Below, one piece after another: positions 10,379-18,503 of a DNA stretch of 64,000 nucleotides; within the stretch, counting starts at the first letter, position 1, and each line of letters opens with the position of its first letter. Position numbers and translations under genes: made by a program. The stretch is from contig CAXXFV010000015.1 of assembly GCA_963674595.2 (NCBI GenBank), forward strand, positions 160,001 to 224,000. Direction: 5' to 3'. Origin of the DNA: a bacterium (GTDB lineage Bacteria; Zhuqueibacterota; Zhuqueibacteria; Residuimicrobiales; Krinioviventaceae). The notes below the pieces were generated by a model, which made no database searches, was not told where the DNA came from, and saw only the letters and a list, made by a program, of their open reading frames with translations.

Positions 10379-11458
10379 TTAGTCACGTTCGAGTAAAAAG
10401 GATTTCGCTGCTTTTCTTTCGCCGTTTACGATAACTGCAAGAGAATGTTCTCCCGGATAATGTTTGCGTGTTGTCATATTTTGAAATGAGTGTTTACGGG
10501 CATATTTATAGTTTCCCGGATTGAATTCTTTTTCGATGATCTGGAATACTTTGCTTGATTTTTTACCTGTAGATGTTAAAAATGTGATTTCGTATTCCAG
10601 TCGAATTTTTTGGGATTCTTTTTTGAGTTCCATATTGAAAGAGAAATTCAGGTTCTGACCAATTTTAATATCAGAATTTAATTGTATATCGTTTATGTTA
10701 ATATTTTCAGGATCTGCAAAACCAAATAATTGTAACGCTTTTGGGTGCCCTGATTTTAAAAGTGTTCGACAGGCATGTTTAACAAGACTGTCTGTTTCTG
10801 AATTTTTTCCGTACCACGCTGTACATATTTCCAAAGCTATTTCCGGATGGTCTTTGGAAATATCATTCAAGTTATTGGCAACACTTCTTCTTACATCTTC
10901 GGAACTGTCGTTTTTTAATTTTTCTAAAATCGGAATAACAAGCTGAGGAGTCTGTTTTAGTACCGGAACCCCGGCAGCCCAGGGCAGCCTGGGGCGGCAT
11001 CCTTCACTGGCCAGCCTGCGCACTCGAGCATCCGGATCATCAGCCCATGTTTCCATGGTTTTTAATGTTTTAATATGGTCAATCCGTAAAAATTCACGTA
11101 TGGCGAATTCTCCGCTGGCATAAACAGTAAAATACTTTAGTGCTTCAAGAGAGGTTTCCCAATTGTCAAGCCCGTAGAGCTGCACATAATCGGGCATTGA
11201 CATGGCCTCAAAACCTTTAATATTCGGAGCGGCCTGTTTTAAAAGATTCAATGCGTTATGATAATCCCTGGGCAGGAATTCATAAAAACATTCCGTCAGG
11301 TGCCGCATTTTCTGTTTTAATTCAAGTGAAGGGGATTTTTCGAAAAAGAGATCGTAAAATTTTTGTGCCTCAAAGTCCGGATAGATTTTTAAAAAAGTTT
11401 CAGCAATAGATTTAATAGAACTGCTGCTGTAAAACATATCTTTAAGACGTTCCGCCAT
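10379..11458 (-). CDS. alkC: HEAT-like repeat DNA alkylation repair glycosylase (AlkC-type with C-terminal Ig-like domain)
   Basis: SGEFAIREF, VRRLASEGCRPRLPW, VRRSVANNLNDISKDHP and the C-terminal TTRKHYPGEH motif. Confidence 0.88.
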   Translation of the reverse strand: MAERLKDMFYSSSSIKSIAETFLKIYPDFEAQKFYDLFFEKSPSLELKQKMRHLTECFYEFLPRDYHNALNLLKQAAPNIKGFEAMSMPDYVQLYGLDNWETSLEALKYFTVYASGEFAIREFLRIDHIKTLKTMETWADDPDARVRRLASEGCRPRLPWAAGVPVLKQTPQLVIPILEKLKNDSSEDVRRSVANNLNDISKDHPEIALEICTAWYGKNSETDSLVKHACRTLLKSGHPKALQLFGFADPENININDIQLNSDIKIGQNLNFSFNMELKKESQKIRLEYEITFLTSTGKKSSKVFQIIEKEFNPGNYKYARKHSFQNMTTRKHYPGEHSLAVIVNGERKAAKSFLLERD

Positions 11459-11585
11459 GACAGGTTCCCATTGAGTTTTTAGTTGTATGATTATGATAAA
11501 ATATAATCATTACTAATGTATTAAATCAAACAAAATAATTTTTTAGTATAGTTGAAATTTAAGATTTATTTAAATTAATATAAAT

Positions 11586-11637
11586 AAAAAATCGTCAATC
11601 AGAGTTTGAGAATAAAAGCGATTACTCTGATTGACGA
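11586..11637 (-). terminator. Intrinsic terminator of the amt-glnK operon
   Basis: 14-bp inverted repeat TCGTCAATCAGAGT/ACTCTGATTGACGA with an 18-nt loop, followed by T6 on the minus strand. Confidence 0.8.
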
Positions 11638-11664
11638 ATTAATATGGAAGGGATAAATTAAAAT

Positions 11665-12009
11665 TTATATAGCGATTCCGCCGCTTTCTTCTGTACGAAT
11701 TCGGATACATTTTTCTAATGGCGTTACAAAAATTTTTCCATCACCCACCTTGCCACCGTTATCAGATTTTGCCGCCTTGATAATTGTGTTGACAGTAATA
11801 TCCACAAATTCTTCATTAACAGCGATATCCAGTTTTATTTTGGGAATTAAATTAGGGATAATTTTTTTCCCTCGGTAAACTTCAATTGCTTCCTGGCGCC
11901 CATGTCCTGAAACTCTGCTAACAGTGATTCGAGTGATTTCTGCCTCAATCAAGGCTTCACGAACCTCATCGAGTTTTTCTTCCCGAATAATTGCTGTAAT
12001 TAATCTCAT
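11665..12009 (-). CDS. glnK: PII nitrogen regulatory protein (GlnK-like, copy 2)
   Basis: GHGRQ, YRG T-loop, GKVGDGKIFV, IRIRT motifs; directly downstream of amt. Confidence 0.95.
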   Translation of the reverse strand: MRLITAIIREEKLDEVREALIEAEITRITVSRVSGHGRQEAIEVYRGKKIIPNLIPKIKLDIAVNEEFVDITVNTIIKAAKSDNGGKVGDGKIFVTPLEKCIRIRTEESGGIAI

Positions 12010-12022
12010 AACAAATCTCCTG

Positions 12023-13354
12023 CTAGTTTGCGTTTAACATTCCATAACCATGTTCACCATGATAACTACTATCAAGACCGGCCATTTCTTGAGCTTCAGA
12101 GGATTTTAGTCCAATAAATTTTTCAACAAATAATATTATTAGCAATGTTAATAAAGATGCATAAACAATTGCTATCAATACGGCTAAAACCTGTACTCCA
12201 AGCTGCTGGAAAACGGTCCAGGTACCGCCGGCAGATGATGCTGCGTCCAGCATCCAACTTTTTCTGATGAAAAAACTGAGAAAAATAGCTCCTACGATTC
12301 CTCCAACACCATGGACTCCAAATGCATCAAGACTGTCATCATAACCTAATTTGTTTTTTAATAATAGTGCACAATAACACAGAATAGCTGCCAGTATTCC
12401 CAATACCATTGCTCCGGCGGGTTGCACAACTCCTGCTGCCGGTGTGACGGCAACCAGACCTGCCAGAATACCACTGGCAAAACCGAGTGCTGTCGCTTTC
12501 TTTTGATGAATGTTTTCTATTATCATCCACGTTAGCGCCCCGGCAGCCGCAGCCGTTTGGGTTGCTGTAAGTGCCTGGGCCGTACTAAGGCCGGATGAAA
12601 TAGAACTGCCGGCATTAAATCCGAACCAGCCAACCCATAAAAGTCCTGCTCCAATCATCGTCATTGTCAGATTGCTGGGCGGCATGGCCGTTTTGGGATA
12701 TCCTCTTCGGGCACCCAGGTAAAGAGCGGCGACAAGCCCGCTTACACCGGCAGATATATGTACAACCGTTCCTCCGGCAAAATCAATAGCGCCATTGGCT
12801 CCCATATTATAAAGGAAGCCATCTGCTGCCCATACCCAATGGCATAATGGATTATAAACTAAAATTCCCCAAAGTGCAATAAAAATTGTATACCCTTTAA
12901 ACGTGACTCGTTCTGCAAACGCTCCGGCAATGAGTGCAGGCGTAATGATGGCAAACTTGCCCTGAAACATTGTAAAGACATATTCCGGAATTCCGGCGCT
13001 TAGTATCGATTCGTCAATACCTTTTAAAAAAAAGTATTTCGGATCCCAGCCAAACCAACCTCCCAGCACATTCGGTCCGAATGACATGCTGTATCCCAAA
13101 ATAACCCATAATACGGTCATAATTCCCATTGCTGCAAAACTATGCATCATGGTGCCTAGTACATTTTTAGTTCGAACCAGACCTCCGTAAAACATTGCCA
13201 GACCGGGGATCATTAAAAGTACCAGGGCCGTAGATGTCAGCATCCATGCTGTCGCTCCGGTATCTATACCATTCCCGTCTGACGCCAACAAGTTATTATT
13301 GGATATTATTAATAAAACCGAGAACAAAACAAAAAGCATCCATTTTTTCTTCAC
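12023..13354 (-). CDS. amtB: Ammonium transporter (AmtB-like, copy 2)
   Basis: PGLAMFYGG, FQGKFA, DFAGGTVVH, WVGWFGFNAGS, DDSLDAFGVHG; twin-His intact; N-terminal signal peptide. Confidence 0.97.
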   Translation of the reverse strand: MKKKWMLFVLFSVLLIISNNNLLASDGNGIDTGATAWMLTSTALVLLMIPGLAMFYGGLVRTKNVLGTMMHSFAAMGIMTVLWVILGYSMSFGPNVLGGWFGWDPKYFFLKGIDESILSAGIPEYVFTMFQGKFAIITPALIAGAFAERVTFKGYTIFIALWGILVYNPLCHWVWAADGFLYNMGANGAIDFAGGTVVHISAGVSGLVAALYLGARRGYPKTAMPPSNLTMTMIGAGLLWVGWFGFNAGSSISSGLSTAQALTATQTAAAAGALTWMIIENIHQKKATALGFASGILAGLVAVTPAAGVVQPAGAMVLGILAAILCYCALLLKNKLGYDDSLDAFGVHGVGGIVGAIFLSFFIRKSWMLDAASSAGGTWTVFQQLGVQVLAVLIAIVYASLLTLLIILFVEKFIGLKSSEAQEMAGLDSSYHGEHGYGMLNAN

Positions 13355-13420
13355 GTTAATTTCCTTGTTTTATAATAGATTTGATTTTTTGGTTAATGAA
13401 AGGTATTGGGTATTTTCCGG

Positions 13421-13436
13421 TCAAATAATATGCCAA
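13421..13436 (-). promoter_or_regulatory. Sigma54 -24/-12 promoter of amt-glnK (copy 2)
   Basis: Minus strand TTGGCAT-ATTAT-TTGA (consensus TGGCAC-N5-TTGC; A instead of C at -12), about 70 nt upstream of the start. Confidence 0.75.
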
Positions 13437-13544
13437 TCTGAACCAATACATTTTTAAGGAGTGGATAGTTTGTTATTTTATTGTTTGTTCGAAGGTTAAG
13501 TGATTTTTTCGGTAAGTAATTTAGAAGGAGGGTGGGGGTATTTC

Positions 13545-13588
13545 TTTCAATTTTGTAGGAAGTTCAATAATAACCTACAAATATGTTG
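13545..13588. promoter_or_regulatory. Paired palindromic boxes (putative activator UAS, pair 1)
   Basis: tttCAatttTGTAG at 13545 and CTACAaataTGTtG at 13575; starts 30 bp apart. Confidence 0.7.
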
Positions 13589-13761
13589 TTTTTGTTCGTT
13601 TTGAGCCTTTTTTATTTCATGTTTTAACCGAAATTTGGTCATTTACCTTGGCCCGGTTCGACCTGTTTATAATTTTTTTTGTAAAACAGCTCTGTTTTTG
13701 CCAAAAATAGGAATGATTTTAGATGAAAAAGTTGGTTAAAAGTAATTTGGTGCCAATAATA

Positions 13762-13805
13762 ATACGATTTTGTCGTTTTTTGAATTGAATTTTACAATAA
13801 TGTAG
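13762..13805. promoter_or_regulatory. Paired palindromic boxes (putative activator UAS, pair 2)
   Basis: aTACgatttTGTCG at 13762 and tTACAataaTGTAG at 13792; starts 30 bp apart. Confidence 0.7.
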
Positions 13806-13812
13806 CTTATTT

Positions 13813-13850
13813 AATGATTTGGCTCTACTTGACAGGTAGAGCCAATCATT
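13813..13850 (-). terminator. Strong hairpin after the porin-like gene (terminator or 3' stabiliser)
   Basis: AATGATT(T)GGCTCTAC / GTAGAGCCAATCATT inverted repeat; U-tract weak. Confidence 0.6.
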
Positions 13851-13886
13851 CTTTTCGAGTGGAGATGTGTGAAAAAAATCAGTAGC

Positions 13887-14549
13887 TTAAAAACCATAGC
13901 TTGCTGAGAGGAAAAAACCATTGTCCATGCCATCACTCAGGCCGGCTATCCAATTCCAACTGACGTCTACATTGTCAGAGACGGATTTTCCGGCTGATAG
14001 TAAAAGAGTTGCTACTTTATCGTCTTCCGGAGACGTAAACGCTGAATAGGAACCGTATCCAAGAGTGGCGCTCAGGTCTGCACCGTATTTCGTTGTTCCA
14101 AGGCCAAGTTCAAGCCAATATACACTTTCAATGTCACCATCCTGTTGTTCAGGTGTGTAATAAAAGCTCGCACTTGCCGGACCGAAAGCTGCTGAACCAA
14201 AGATTTCATATACTGTATATTCTTCTTTGGCGAAAAAATCATAAGTATAAATTGTACCACCAATTGAACTTTCTACAGAGCCGGTTGGTAATGAAATGCT
14301 AAAATATGGATCTGTTTCCACGGCAATACCGTCTGCCATACTGGAGACCCAAAAACCAACTGCAACTGATGATTTTGAAAATTCTGCTGTTCCCTGCATT
14401 GCTGATCCGTCAAACTGTTTTACGCCGCGCCAAAAGTATGTTGAAACAACTGTAGCGTCACCTGAAAAACCGATTTCGGCATAGGCGCTTGAAAATAGTG
14501 TAAGAGAAAGAAAAATTATTGCCAGACCTGTAGTAAACTTTTTCATCAA
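13887..14549 (-). CDS. Outer-membrane beta-barrel, TorF/Gcw_chp-like putative porin
   Basis: Signal peptide (SAYA-E), VSTYFWRGVKQ...AMQG...VGFWVS N-terminal pattern, alternating beta strands, C-terminal SASYGF ending in Phe; co-oriented with glnK-amt. Confidence 0.75.
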   Translation of the reverse strand: MMKKFTTGLAIIFLSLTLFSSAYAEIGFSGDATVVSTYFWRGVKQFDGSAMQGTAEFSKSSVAVGFWVSSMADGIAVETDPYFSISLPTGSVESSIGGTIYTYDFFAKEEYTVYEIFGSAAFGPASASFYYTPEQQDGDIESVYWLELGLGTTKYGADLSATLGYGSYSAFTSPEDDKVATLLLSAGKSVSDNVDVSWNWIAGLSDGMDNGFFLSASYGF

Positions 14550-14580
14550 ATATTTCTCCTGATAATCAATTTTATTAAGG

Positions 14581-14612
14581 ACGGCGTTAAATTTTATGAG
14601 CTTTAACGCCGT
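14581..14612. other. Intercistronic hairpin between amt and the porin-like gene
   Basis: Perfect 11-bp inverted repeat ACGGCGTTAAA / TTTAACGCCGT with a 10-nt loop. Confidence 0.7.
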
Positions 14613-14637
14613 ATATTTTGTACTATTTATTAATTAA

Positions 14638-15978
14638 TTACTGTGTAACAAAGATTTGAAATCCACTATAAGCTTCCATACCATGTTCGCCGATGTCCAA
14701 GCCTTGCAGTTCTTCTTCTTCCGTAACACGCAGGCCAACAGTCTTTTTAATTATGTAGAACAAGATCAAACCAAGGCCGAATGCCCAAACAAAAGCTGTG
14801 ACTACGCCAAGTGCCTGAATGCCAAGGAGTTTAAATCCGCCGCCATAAAAGAGGCCGCCGTCTACGTTAAATAGGCCAACTGCTAAAGTACCAAAAGCAC
14901 CGTTAACACCATGAACGCTGACTGCACCAACCGGATCGTCAATTTTAAGTACGCGATCGATAAAAAGAACACTAAAAACAACGAGAACGCCGGCAATCAA
15001 GCCAATAATAAGTGAACCAAAAGGTGATACTGTTGCGCATGGAGCTGTGATTGCTACCAGTCCTGCCAAGGCACCGTTTAATGCCATTGAACCGTCCGGT
15101 TTTTTTAGGATAATCCAGGCTGCGAACATTGCGGAAATAGCACCTGCGGCAGCAGCCATGTTTGTTGTTACGGCAATTCTTCCAATGTTTCCATCGCCAA
15201 ATGTTGTTGATCCTGGGTTGAATCCAAACCAACCAAACCAAAGAATGAATACACCAAGTGCGGCAATTGCAATATTATGGCCCGGAATAGCTTTGGGTTT
15301 ACCGTCTGGTGAGTATTTACCAATACGTGGTCCAAGAATTAAGGCACCGGCCAATGCAAGCCATCCGCCTATAGAGTGAACAACTGTTGAGCCTGCAAAA
15401 TCCTGGAAACCAAGCCCTTCCAGCCAACCGCCTCCGTCGAGCAATCCACCCCATGCCCATGAACCAAAAACAGGATAAATAATAGCACAGATAAAGACAC
15501 TATAAGTAAGATATCCTACGAATTTTGTACGTTCTGCCATGGCACCGGATACGATTGTAGCGGCTGTACCGGCAAAAACAGTCTGGAAAATGAGAAATGT
15601 CCAGTTCCAGTCGGCGCCCATTACATCGGTTCCAATCAGTGCAAAATGTGTTGTGCCAAAGAGACCGTTAGACGCGCCGAACATAAGTCCAAAACCAATT
15701 AGAAAAAATGAAACGGTGCCTACTGAAAAGTCCATTAAATTTTTCATCATTATATTTACTGTGTTTTTTGCACGTGTAAAACCTGCTTCAACCATTGCAA
15801 AGCCCGCCTGCATAAAAAATACTAAAAAGGCGGCAACGCATGTCCAAACGATATTGATATTATCCTGCAATGTTTCCAGGGCTTTTGTTGTATCTGTAGC
15901 TTCTTGCGCTAATGACAAACCGTTAAAAAGCAATATTAAGAAAATAGCGCCAATAATTATTTTTTTAACCTTAAACAT
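14638..15978 (-). CDS. amt: Ammonium transporter (copy 1)
   Basis: FMQAGFAMVEAG, FQTVFA, SGAMAER, DFAGSTVVH, WFGWFGFNPGS, DDPVGAVSVHG; twin-His intact; signal peptide. Confidence 0.97.
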   Translation of the reverse strand: MFKVKKIIIGAIFLILLFNGLSLAQEATDTTKALETLQDNINIVWTCVAAFLVFFMQAGFAMVEAGFTRAKNTVNIMMKNLMDFSVGTVSFFLIGFGLMFGASNGLFGTTHFALIGTDVMGADWNWTFLIFQTVFAGTAATIVSGAMAERTKFVGYLTYSVFICAIIYPVFGSWAWGGLLDGGGWLEGLGFQDFAGSTVVHSIGGWLALAGALILGPRIGKYSPDGKPKAIPGHNIAIAALGVFILWFGWFGFNPGSTTFGDGNIGRIAVTTNMAAAAGAISAMFAAWIILKKPDGSMALNGALAGLVAITAPCATVSPFGSLIIGLIAGVLVVFSVLFIDRVLKIDDPVGAVSVHGVNGAFGTLAVGLFNVDGGLFYGGGFKLLGIQALGVVTAFVWAFGLGLILFYIIKKTVGLRVTEEEELQGLDIGEHGMEAYSGFQIFVTQ

Positions 15979-16015
15979 TCATAACTCCTGAAATTATATT
16001 AAATTAATTTTATTA

Positions 16016-16357
16016 TCAACCAATTGCATCACTGCCGGTCTCACCGGTTCGAATTCTAATACATTCCGTCAAGTCCTGGACAAAAATCTTTCCATCTCCG
16101 ATTTTTCCGCTTCTTGCACCCGCGATAATACCATCAATTGTTGGCTGGACATATTCTGCATTAACGGCGATTTCCAGGCGAATTTTTTTGAGTAAATTCA
16201 CTTCAATGTCGGCACCACGATATGTTTCATGGTATCCCATTTGCTGTCCACATCCCAGAGCATTTGTTATTGAGAGTTTATAAATTTCTCTTTCAAATAA
16301 TGCCTGTTTAACGGCGTTTAGTTTTTCTGGTTGGATATAAGCGATTACGAGTTTCAT
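16016..16357 (-). CDS. glnK: PII nitrogen regulatory protein (copy 1)
   Basis: [25 protein letters not shown]. Start moved to ATG 16357, which has an AGGAGA RBS; the longer ORF would overlap the sigma54 promoter. Confidence 0.95.
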   Translation of the reverse strand: MKLVIAYIQPEKLNAVKQALFEREIYKLSITNALGCGQQMGYHETYRGADIEVNLLKKIRLEIAVNAEYVQPTIDGIIAGARSGKIGDGKIFVQDLTECIRIRTGETGSDAIG

Positions 16358-16400
16358 GCAATTTTCTCCTTTTTTTGCTAAATTGAATTTTTTTTGTTTT

Positions 16401-16418
16401 AAGCAATTCACGGGCCAC
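16401..16418 (-). promoter_or_regulatory. Sigma54 -24/-12 promoter of glnK-amt-porin
   Basis: Minus strand GTGGCCC-GTGAA-TTGCTT, with correct GG/GC spacing, about 45 nt upstream of the glnK ATG. Confidence 0.85.
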
Positions 16419-16432
16419 TTTTTATTTTTCAG

Positions 16433-16445
16433 TAAGTTGTTGTTT
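16433..16445 (-). promoter_or_regulatory. IHF-like site between UAS and sigma54 promoter
   Basis: AAACAACAACTTA versus WATCAANNNNTTR (1 mismatch), in the expected position. Confidence 0.5.
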
Positions 16446-16483
16446 TTATTGATCCGATCTATGATCTACATACAATCCTATAG

Positions 16484-16526
16484 ATTCATTTTTGTAGGTT
16501 TAAATTATCAGACGACAAAAATGTAG
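16484..16526. promoter_or_regulatory. Paired palindromic boxes (putative UAS, pair 3)
   Basis: attCAttttTGTAG at 16484 and CGACAaaaaTGTAG at 16513; starts 29 bp apart. Confidence 0.72.
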
Positions 16527-16619
16527 GATTTTGTGTGATAGAGTTGTGTGTATGCCTGTTTGCTTGTTTTTGCTGTTGCAAAATGCATTATATGGCAATT
16601 TTAGGTCTTGCTATATTTC

Positions 16620-16662
16620 CGACATTTTTGTACCTTAATTTTTCCATATAACGAAATTGTAG
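16620..16662. promoter_or_regulatory. Paired palindromic boxes (pair 4), overlapping the regulator's own promoter
   Basis: CGACAttttTGTAc at 16620 and taACgaaatTGTAG at 16649; starts 29 bp apart; overlaps TTGCTA-N17-TACCTT at 16608-16636. Confidence 0.7.
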
Positions 16663-16683
16663 TTTTAATGAAAGAATTAAATT

Positions 16684-18246
16684 ATGGCAGCCCCCAAACA
16701 ATCAAAAAACAAGTCAGAAAATATGCCTTTAATGAAAAAATTATCAATTTTAATTGAAATTAATCAGGCTGTCAGCAGGGGTTTAAATTTACAAGAGTCT
16801 TTAAATGCGGCACTTAAAATTTTGGCAAAGTCATATAATATAAAATCAGGCGCTATTTTTTTAACCAATGAAAATGAAAATACTCTTACAATGATGACTT
16901 CAATTGGTTATCGTTCAGAAATTGCAAAAACAACCTATGAAATGGGTGAAGGTCTAACAGGAAAAATTGCAGAAACGGGTAAACCCATTATATCTCCCCA
17001 AGTCAGCAAAGAACCACTGTTTTTAAATCGTATGAGTTCTTTTGACCCGCAAAGTGACCGGGAGCAATCTTTTATTGGCGTTCCAATTATTTTTGATTAT
17101 AAAACAATAGGGGTTTTGATTGGTAATTTACCTTTTAATTCAAGACGAGATTATGATGGCGCTTTGAAATTTTTGACTCTTGTGGCTTCTGCATTGGTCC
17201 AACCAATTCGTTTACAACATGTGATTCAAATGGAACGGCAACGCCTTTTGGATGAGAATGTTATGTTAAAGCAGAAACTTCAGGATGAATATCGGTTTCA
17301 TAACATTATCGGAAACAGCCATGAAATGCGTGATGTATATGAAAAAGTAACACAGGTGGCCAGGGCAAATACTAACGTATTGATAAGGGGAGAGTCGGGA
17401 ACCGGAAAAGAGCTGATTGCCCAGGCAATCCATTATAACTCTTTACGTCAGGACAAACCCTATATAAGAGTCAATTGTGCCGCTATTCCGGAAAATTTAA
17501 TAGAGTCAGAATTTTTTGGCTATGAAAAAGGTGCTTTTACAGGGGCTGTTGCACGTCGAAAAGGTCGGTTTGAACTGGCAAATAGTGGAACCATTTTTCT
17601 TGATGAAATTGGTGATTTGAGTCCTATGACGCAGGTGAAATTACTTAGAGTCATTCAGGAGCAGGAATTTGAACGAATCGGTGGCACTGAAACACTTCAA
17701 GTTGATGTGCGTATTGTAGCGGCGACAAATGCCGAACTGGAATATAAAATTGAAGATGGTACTTTTAGAGAAGATTTATATTATCGGTTAAATGTTTTTT
17801 CCATATACCTGCCTCCTTTACGCGAAAGAAAGTCTGATATTCTTTTACTGGCAGACCATTTTATGTTAAAATATGGAAGAAAACATGGCAAGGCTATTAA
17901 AAGAATTTCCACCCCGGCTATTGATATGCTCATGAGATACCATTGGCCGGGTAATGTCCGTGAGCTGGAAAACTGTATAGAGCGCGCTGTGCTTGTTTGT
18001 GAAGATCAGGTTATACATAGTTACCATTTACCACCTACTTTACAAACAGCAGAGAGCAGCAATACCTTGCCTCAAAAATCTTTAGTTAAGGCTGTTGCTT
18101 CTTATGAACGGGACATGATTCAGGATGCACTCAAGTCAACGAACGGAAGTAAGGCCAAAGCTGCACGGTTGTTAAATGTTACGGAACGAATTATTGGATA
18201 TAAAATTGATAAATATAATATTGATGTAAAACGGTTTAAAAGCTAA
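16684..18246 (+). CDS. NifA-like sigma54-dependent transcriptional activator (GAF-AAA+-Fis HTH)
   Basis: N-terminal GAF ([14 protein letters not shown]...SFIGVPI), [14 protein letters not shown] loop, [17 protein letters not shown]-terminal HTH; no receiver domain. Confidence 0.93.
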   Translation: MAAPKQSKNKSENMPLMKKLSILIEINQAVSRGLNLQESLNAALKILAKSYNIKSGAIFLTNENENTLTMMTSIGYRSEIAKTTYEMGEGLTGKIAETGKPIISPQVSKEPLFLNRMSSFDPQSDREQSFIGVPIIFDYKTIGVLIGNLPFNSRRDYDGALKFLTLVASALVQPIRLQHVIQMERQRLLDENVMLKQKLQDEYRFHNIIGNSHEMRDVYEKVTQVARANTNVLIRGESGTGKELIAQAIHYNSLRQDKPYIRVNCAAIPENLIESEFFGYEKGAFTGAVARRKGRFELANSGTIFLDEIGDLSPMTQVKLLRVIQEQEFERIGGTETLQVDVRIVAATNAELEYKIEDGTFREDLYYRLNVFSIYLPPLRERKSDILLLADHFMLKYGRKHGKAIKRISTPAIDMLMRYHWPGNVRELENCIERAVLVCEDQVIHSYHLPPTLQTAESSNTLPQKSLVKAVASYERDMIQDALKSTNGSKAKAARLLNVTERIIGYKIDKYNIDVKRFKS

Positions 18247-18503
18247 ATTATTTTAAAATAGAATTATTATTTGTTTTGTTATAGATTTAAAAGATTATGA
18301 ATCTGATTTAAAATCATCTATTCTTTAGTTAATATTTATGTGTATATTTGTATGAAAAGATTAAGTGTTAAAATCGACAAATTTGTTGCATCACAGACAA
18401 CTTTTTTTTATCTTGAGATAGATGTTTGTTTAAATAAATGGCAATGTTAAAGAAACCAGGTTAAATTCCTGGATGGGATCAACTCAAATAAAGGTATCCA
18501 AAA

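Noticed and set aside
13630-13670. tRNA-like GGTTCGA T-loop motif
   Set aside because: No acceptor, D or anticodon stems can be formed around it.
13738-13756. Second sigma54 promoter (minus strand TTGGCACCAAATTACT)
   Set aside because: The -24 element is good but there is no TTGC/TTGA at the required -12 spacing.
16593-16612. Sigma54 promoter for the regulator (TGGCAA...TTGCT)
   Set aside because: The spacer is 9 nt rather than 5; the TTGCTA fits better as a sigma70 -35.
16684-18246. Calling the activator nifA and inferring nitrogen fixation
   Set aside because: No nif genes are in the window and the recurring boxes are not TGT-N10-ACA; only the domain architecture is shared.
18280-18322. 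AT-rich palindrome GATTTTAAAATC after the activator gene
   Set aside because: Low complexity; expected by chance in this AT-rich intergenic DNA, at best a weak terminator.
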